Shown here piece after piece: positions 27,901-64,000 of a DNA stretch of 64,000 nucleotides; positions within the stretch are counted from its first letter, which is position 1; the number at the start of each line of letters is the position of its first letter. A program made the position numbers and the translations under genes. The notes beneath the pieces are model-generated. The model searched no databases. It had not been told where the DNA came from and saw only the letters and a list, made by a program, of their open reading frames with translations. Where the stretch lies: contig OZ024761.1 in assembly GCA_964016885.1 (NCBI GenBank), positions 4,588,001 to 4,652,000 of the forward strand. The letters are read 5' to 3'. The stretch comes from Eledone cirrhosa (Eukaryota).

Positions 27901-29396
27901 CATCACCGCTTCATCATTAGCGTATGAACTACTTTTCAGCCGACCCTCATATACACACTGTGGTCAGATGCTACGGGCTGGAACATGTAAAAGAATTAAA
28001 AAACAAAAAACTACATGACAATCACAATAAATTCAACAGCAACATATTTGTTTTCTGAAATATTTTATTCCTGATGAAATATTGTATAACTACCAGAAAT
28101 TTATTGTGGAAATGTAGTCGTTATGTGATAACTGTGACATTGATATTGAGTGTATTGAATAGATTCTTTTATGAAGTTTAACATGAAGACATGCATATAT
28201 TTCTATTTGATCAATTTGAACTATTTTGATACAAGACCACACGAAACTGTTTCAGTGTCTATATTACAAAACTGTTTCGTTTTTAGTGTTTATATTCAAG
28301 TGTAATCTGCCATCATAATTTTCATGTAAGAGCTTTTTGTTACGTTTGCTCTAGACACCAGATAAATAAAGATAAATAACGATAAAGTTAGTTATATTTG
28401 TAAATCATAGACACAGTCTTTCGTTAAATATCTGGTAACGAAAGGACTTTTAAGAGGTGCTTGTTGCGATTTCATGAATGATGTTTACCTGACATCGAAG
28501 GCAAACAGGTAGAGAGGGGACATTGTTTCCAAAGTCGTTGTCATGGAGCTGCTTGGAATTGAATAATGGTGCAACAGAATGTATATGTGATCTACATTAG
28601 TAACAGGCCAAGTTAGCAGGCAGAAATTTCCATTATGATACTATCAATGAAGGATTATGTTATTCACATAGGAATATATCATAATTCTACTAGAGGCAGA
28701 CCATAGAGCTATGTGAAGTAGTTATACAGTTATACAGGTGTAACACATGGAGCCGAACAGATCGTACAGGTGTGTTACTATATACGAGAGGAGTTGATAC
28801 TAAACTCCCTCTACCTTTCGCTCCCCCTCCCTCTTTTACTCTCACTGTTTCCTTCTTTACCCAAATCTATGGACGATGTATGTTCGTTAGCATCACACCA
28901 AGTTGGTAATACGTTACCGGCGGTATATCTGCATACTTGCATAAATACACCTCATAATTGTATGTACATCTGATAATGTCACATGGAGACTGTTAATAAT
29001 TGTTTCTACTTTTGGTACAAGGCCAGCAATTACCCAGCGCATTACTGGTACTTTATTTTATCGACCCAGTAAGGATGAAAGGCAAAGTTAACCTCGGTGG
29101 GATTTGAACTCAGAATGGCAAGGGTCGTAAATCTATGTGTCAAAACATGGCGTCCGACCCTCTACCGATACTGCCAATTAATAATACACCCATTGCATAA
29201 CCATGTTACTGAAATATGTATAATGCAATAAAACAATTATGTAACAATAACCCTGTCATTTTATAAATGCAAACTCCATCACACCTAATCACCAACATTT
29301 AGCTGGGGATACACGACTCAAGTGGAGTGTTTTGGGATTGGTTAAACCAGTTTATCCTCGCGGCGTTACAGCCGATAAGCACCTCCATTAGCTGCA

Positions 29397-29451
<55 letters not shown>

Positions 29452-29498
29452 TATTTATATATATACACACATATATACATACATACACATGCACACAA

Positions 29499-29530
<32 letters not shown>

Positions 29531-29591
29531 GTATACATATATATATATATACTGTTAGTATGTATTAGAACTATGTATCTCTCTCTCTCTC

Positions 29592-29643
<52 letters not shown>

Positions 29644-29749
29644 TAGATAGATAGATAGTTAGTTCTAATACATACTAACAGTGGAACTAACTCCGTACCG
29701 AACTCGTCCTTTTGACTGAGTGCTCTACCAACTTTGGATATAACCTCTC

Positions 29750-29839
<90 letters not shown>

Positions 29840-29854
29840 CATTCATATATACAT

Positions 29855-29917
<63 letters not shown>

Positions 29918-30150
29918 CATATATATACATATATATATGTATGTAGATAGATAGAGATTTTAGTCCCGTTATGAACAGGGGTTTTCTTTTTTCTTTAAAT
30001 GTTTTGTCGTAAGAAATATAATAGCTACGAGAGTGATCATTACAGTTGGCTCACTCATCATCATCATTATTATCATTATTTTGTATTATTATTGTTATAG
30101 TTGCTGTTATGTACATTTTTCTGGTATTCATATATGGAACTGTAATATAA

Positions 30151-61044
<30,894 letters not shown>

Positions 61045-61137
61045 CTGTCATAGAAGGGAGAAAACAAACAATAAAAATCATTCACAAACAAGAGAAAAAA
61101 ACAATTCACAAACAAACGTTTGTTTCTTTGTAGCGGT

Positions 61138-61260
61138 CGCGGACATCATTTTCCACCTCTACATCATTTTCCGCTGACATCATTTTCCACCTCTACATCA
61201 TTTTCCGCGGACATCATTTTCCACCTGTACATCATTTTCCGCGGACATCATTTTCCACCT
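61138..61260. repeat. Short tandem repeat, about 3.5 units of acatcattttcc-based 34-mer
   Basis: cggacatcattttccacctctacatcattttccg repeated. Confidence 0.85.
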
Positions 61261-61949
61261 GTTTTACTTGATATTTTTAAAGCTATGTTATAGCAACTGG
61301 CTGTAATTGTAGTTATTTTCTGTGTCTGAGCTTCCTACATCTTTATTTCCTCAGCATTTCGTAACTTCGAAAATCCGAGCCTCACCACCAACCAACTACC
61401 GTGTGGATTGCACATCTCTCGTCAGTTATCTCCCCCTTATAATGATTAAAGGCTCCTTTAAAGTTGGGCACTGATGCCATCAATAAGAGCTGGCTTCATC
61501 TGCCTGCCACAATCACATGCTACACAACACATGAAGCAAAGAAGTCGACTTCAAAAATCTACTTCAATATGATTAGCAAAACTTACAAGAGGACATAATT
61601 TATCCTTCTCCACTGGCAGATTATGGAAAGTAACCTCATCTCTTTACTACAGACAACTATTTACAGAATTTAACATGCAGCTAGCCAAATAAATGTGGAC
61701 ACTCTTGGAAAAAAACCCTCTCCCCTGCTACACACCAACTAGCAAACTCTTGGGGGACTCTCAACTGAATCTATTTCCATTTTCACCACACATTCTGAAT
61801 AGTCTCATGTTCTATATGGATATCTCTTTATATATCTAGTTACTGTTGTATCCACCTTTACTTACCCTTCTACGCTGTCTCATGTTAATATACAAACATT
61901 TTACATTTACTTCATGTGTCATTCCAAATTATCCACTCTTTATATATTT

Positions 61950-62842
61950 TATATTTCCTATTTTGTATCATGTTTCATTTCCCCATTATATCTTAAGATA
62001 TCACCAAACTTTCATATATCTCAAGATATCACCAAACTTTCATATATCTCAAGATATCACCATACTTTCATATATCTCAAGATATCACCATACTTTCATA
62101 TATCTCAAGATATCAACATACTTTCATATATCTCAAGATATCACCATACTGTTACATATCTCAAGATATCAACATACTTTCATATATCTCAAGATATCAC
62201 CATACTTTCATATATCTCAAGATATCAATATACTTTCATATATCTCAAGATATCACCATGCTTTCATATATCTCAAGATATCACCATACTTTCATATATC
62301 TCAAGATATCAATATACTTTCATATATCTCAAGATATCACCATGCTTTCATATATCTCAAGATATCACCAAACTTTCATATATCTCAAGATATCACCATG
62401 CTTTCATATATCTCAAGATATCACCATACTTTCATATATCTCAAGATATCACCATACTTTCATATATCTTAAGATATCAACATACTTTCATATATCTCAA
62501 GATATCACCATACTGTTACATATCTCAAGATATCAACATACTTTCATATATCTCAAGATATCACCATACTTTCATATATCTCAAGATATCAATATACTTT
62601 CATATATCTCAAGATATCACCATGCTTTCATATATCTCAAGATATCACCAAACTTTCATATATCTCAAGATATCACCATGCTTTCATATATCTCAAGATA
62701 TCACCATACTGTCATATCTCTGAAGATATCACCATACTTTCATATATCTCAAGATATCACCATACTTTCATATATCTCAAGATATCACCATACTTTCATA
62801 TATCTCAAGATATCACCATACTTTCATATATCTTATGATATT
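61950..62842. repeat. 28-bp minisatellite, about 30 units, inverted relative to 40550-41330
   Basis: Unit accatactttcatatatctcaagatatc. Confidence 0.93.
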
Positions 62843-62901
62843 GTAACCTAAGACCTTATTTATTACCAATGTGACTCTTAGTGACCTCACGAAGAACCCT
62901 T

Positions 62902-63072
62902 TGTGACCTCTCGTGGAACCACTAGTGACCTCTCGTGGAACCACCAGTGACCTCTCGTGGAACCACCAGTGACCTCTCGTGGAACCACCAGTGACCTCTC
63001 GTGGAACCACCAGTGACCTCTCGTGGAACCACCAGTGACCTCTCGTGGAACCACCAGTGACCTCTCGTGGAA
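62902..63072. repeat. 22-bp minisatellite, about 8 units
   Basis: Unit gtgacctctcgtggaaccacca. Confidence 0.92.
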
Positions 63073-63645
63073 ACCTAGGGTTCCGGAGAACACCAACTGA
63101 GAAACGCTGCACTAACCACTAGGCATACATGGAGACAAACACACACATACTCACACATACATACATACATGTACATATATACATACTATATTATATTTAG
63201 AGATTAAACTCATAGTCGTTTACAATTAATCAGCTCAAAGAAAGAGGCATTTCTGAGCAGTGAAATACAAGTTATATATTAATATATATGATAAACACAA
63301 AACGTGTTTGCATTGTAACAGACAAAGTTAGCTAGCATGAAATAAACTAATTAAAGTGAATACAATTTGTCTGTCTCGATATACGTCAATAAAGACAAGC
63401 TTATATTGGCAAAAGCCGTGATTCCTGGACAAATTTAAATTTCAAAATCCAAACCCGCTCCGTAGATGAATTTGAACTTCGAAACCCAAATATGTTTCGC
63501 AACGATGTTACATGGTATATATACATATATATATATCTATATCCAAAATTAAGATAAATCAAAATGAATTTAATCTAAATCAAAATTATGGGTGTCATTG
63601 ATTATTTATATGTTTATTTATATGTTAATCAATTTCTAGTTGTTA

Positions 63646-63992
63646 CATCATCATCATCATCATCATCATTTTACGTCCGCTTTTTCCCTGCTTGCAAGGG
63701 TGGGACGGGAACTGATTCTGGCTTGATTTCTACAGCTGGATGCCCTTCCTAACACCAACCTCATTTACAGTGAGTGCTGGGTGCTTTTTTGCCGTGGCAC
63801 CTCCACGACCACTTTGCAGTGGAATGATAGGGACCCCAGTCCCTTTCATCTCATTTCTACAGCTGAGTAAACTGGAGCAATGTGAAATAAAGTGTCTTGC
63901 TCAAGGAAACAACACATCACCTGGTCTGAGAATTGAACTCACAACCTTTCGATTGCAAGGCCAATGCTCTAACCACTAAGCCATGTGCCTCC
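63646..63992 (-). mobile_element. Full-length SINE family B
   Basis: Reverse complement of 48669-49015. Confidence 0.88.
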
Positions 63993-64000
63993 ATATATAC

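Noticed and set aside
61846-63112. ORFs of 197-269 aa and a 99-aa ORF
   Set aside because: Translations of the 28-bp and 22-bp minisatellites.

Overview
Eukaryotic, AT- and microsatellite-rich animal DNA. The repeat landscape suggests an octopod cephalopod, but that is inference. The one clear host gene is the 3' part of an SLC6 Na+/Cl- neurotransmitter/amino-acid transporter on the minus strand: nine GT-AG exons, 61044 to 30151, splice into one open frame covering about TM5 to the C-terminus, and the 5' exons lie beyond the window. A possible terminal exon or retrocopy of an unidentified plus-strand gene is at 2015-2861. The rest is mobile DNA (RTE, Tx1 and CRE-like LINEs, Penelope-like elements, two tRNA-SINE families, mariner remnants) and tandem arrays. 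The most notable observations are: (1) about eight minimal hammerhead-ribozyme cores and over a dozen fold-back palindromes tied to Penelope-type termini inserted in (TA)n; (2) an SLC6 intron built from 11 extra copies of its own exon end and 5' splice site; (3) intronic satellites traceable to LINE fragments still lying next to them; (4) inverted intronic repeats bracketing an in-frame block of exons; (5) SINE/LINE pairs with shared 3' tails. Almost all long ORFs in the supplied track are repeat artefacts. Repeat boundaries and copy numbers are approximate hand counts.
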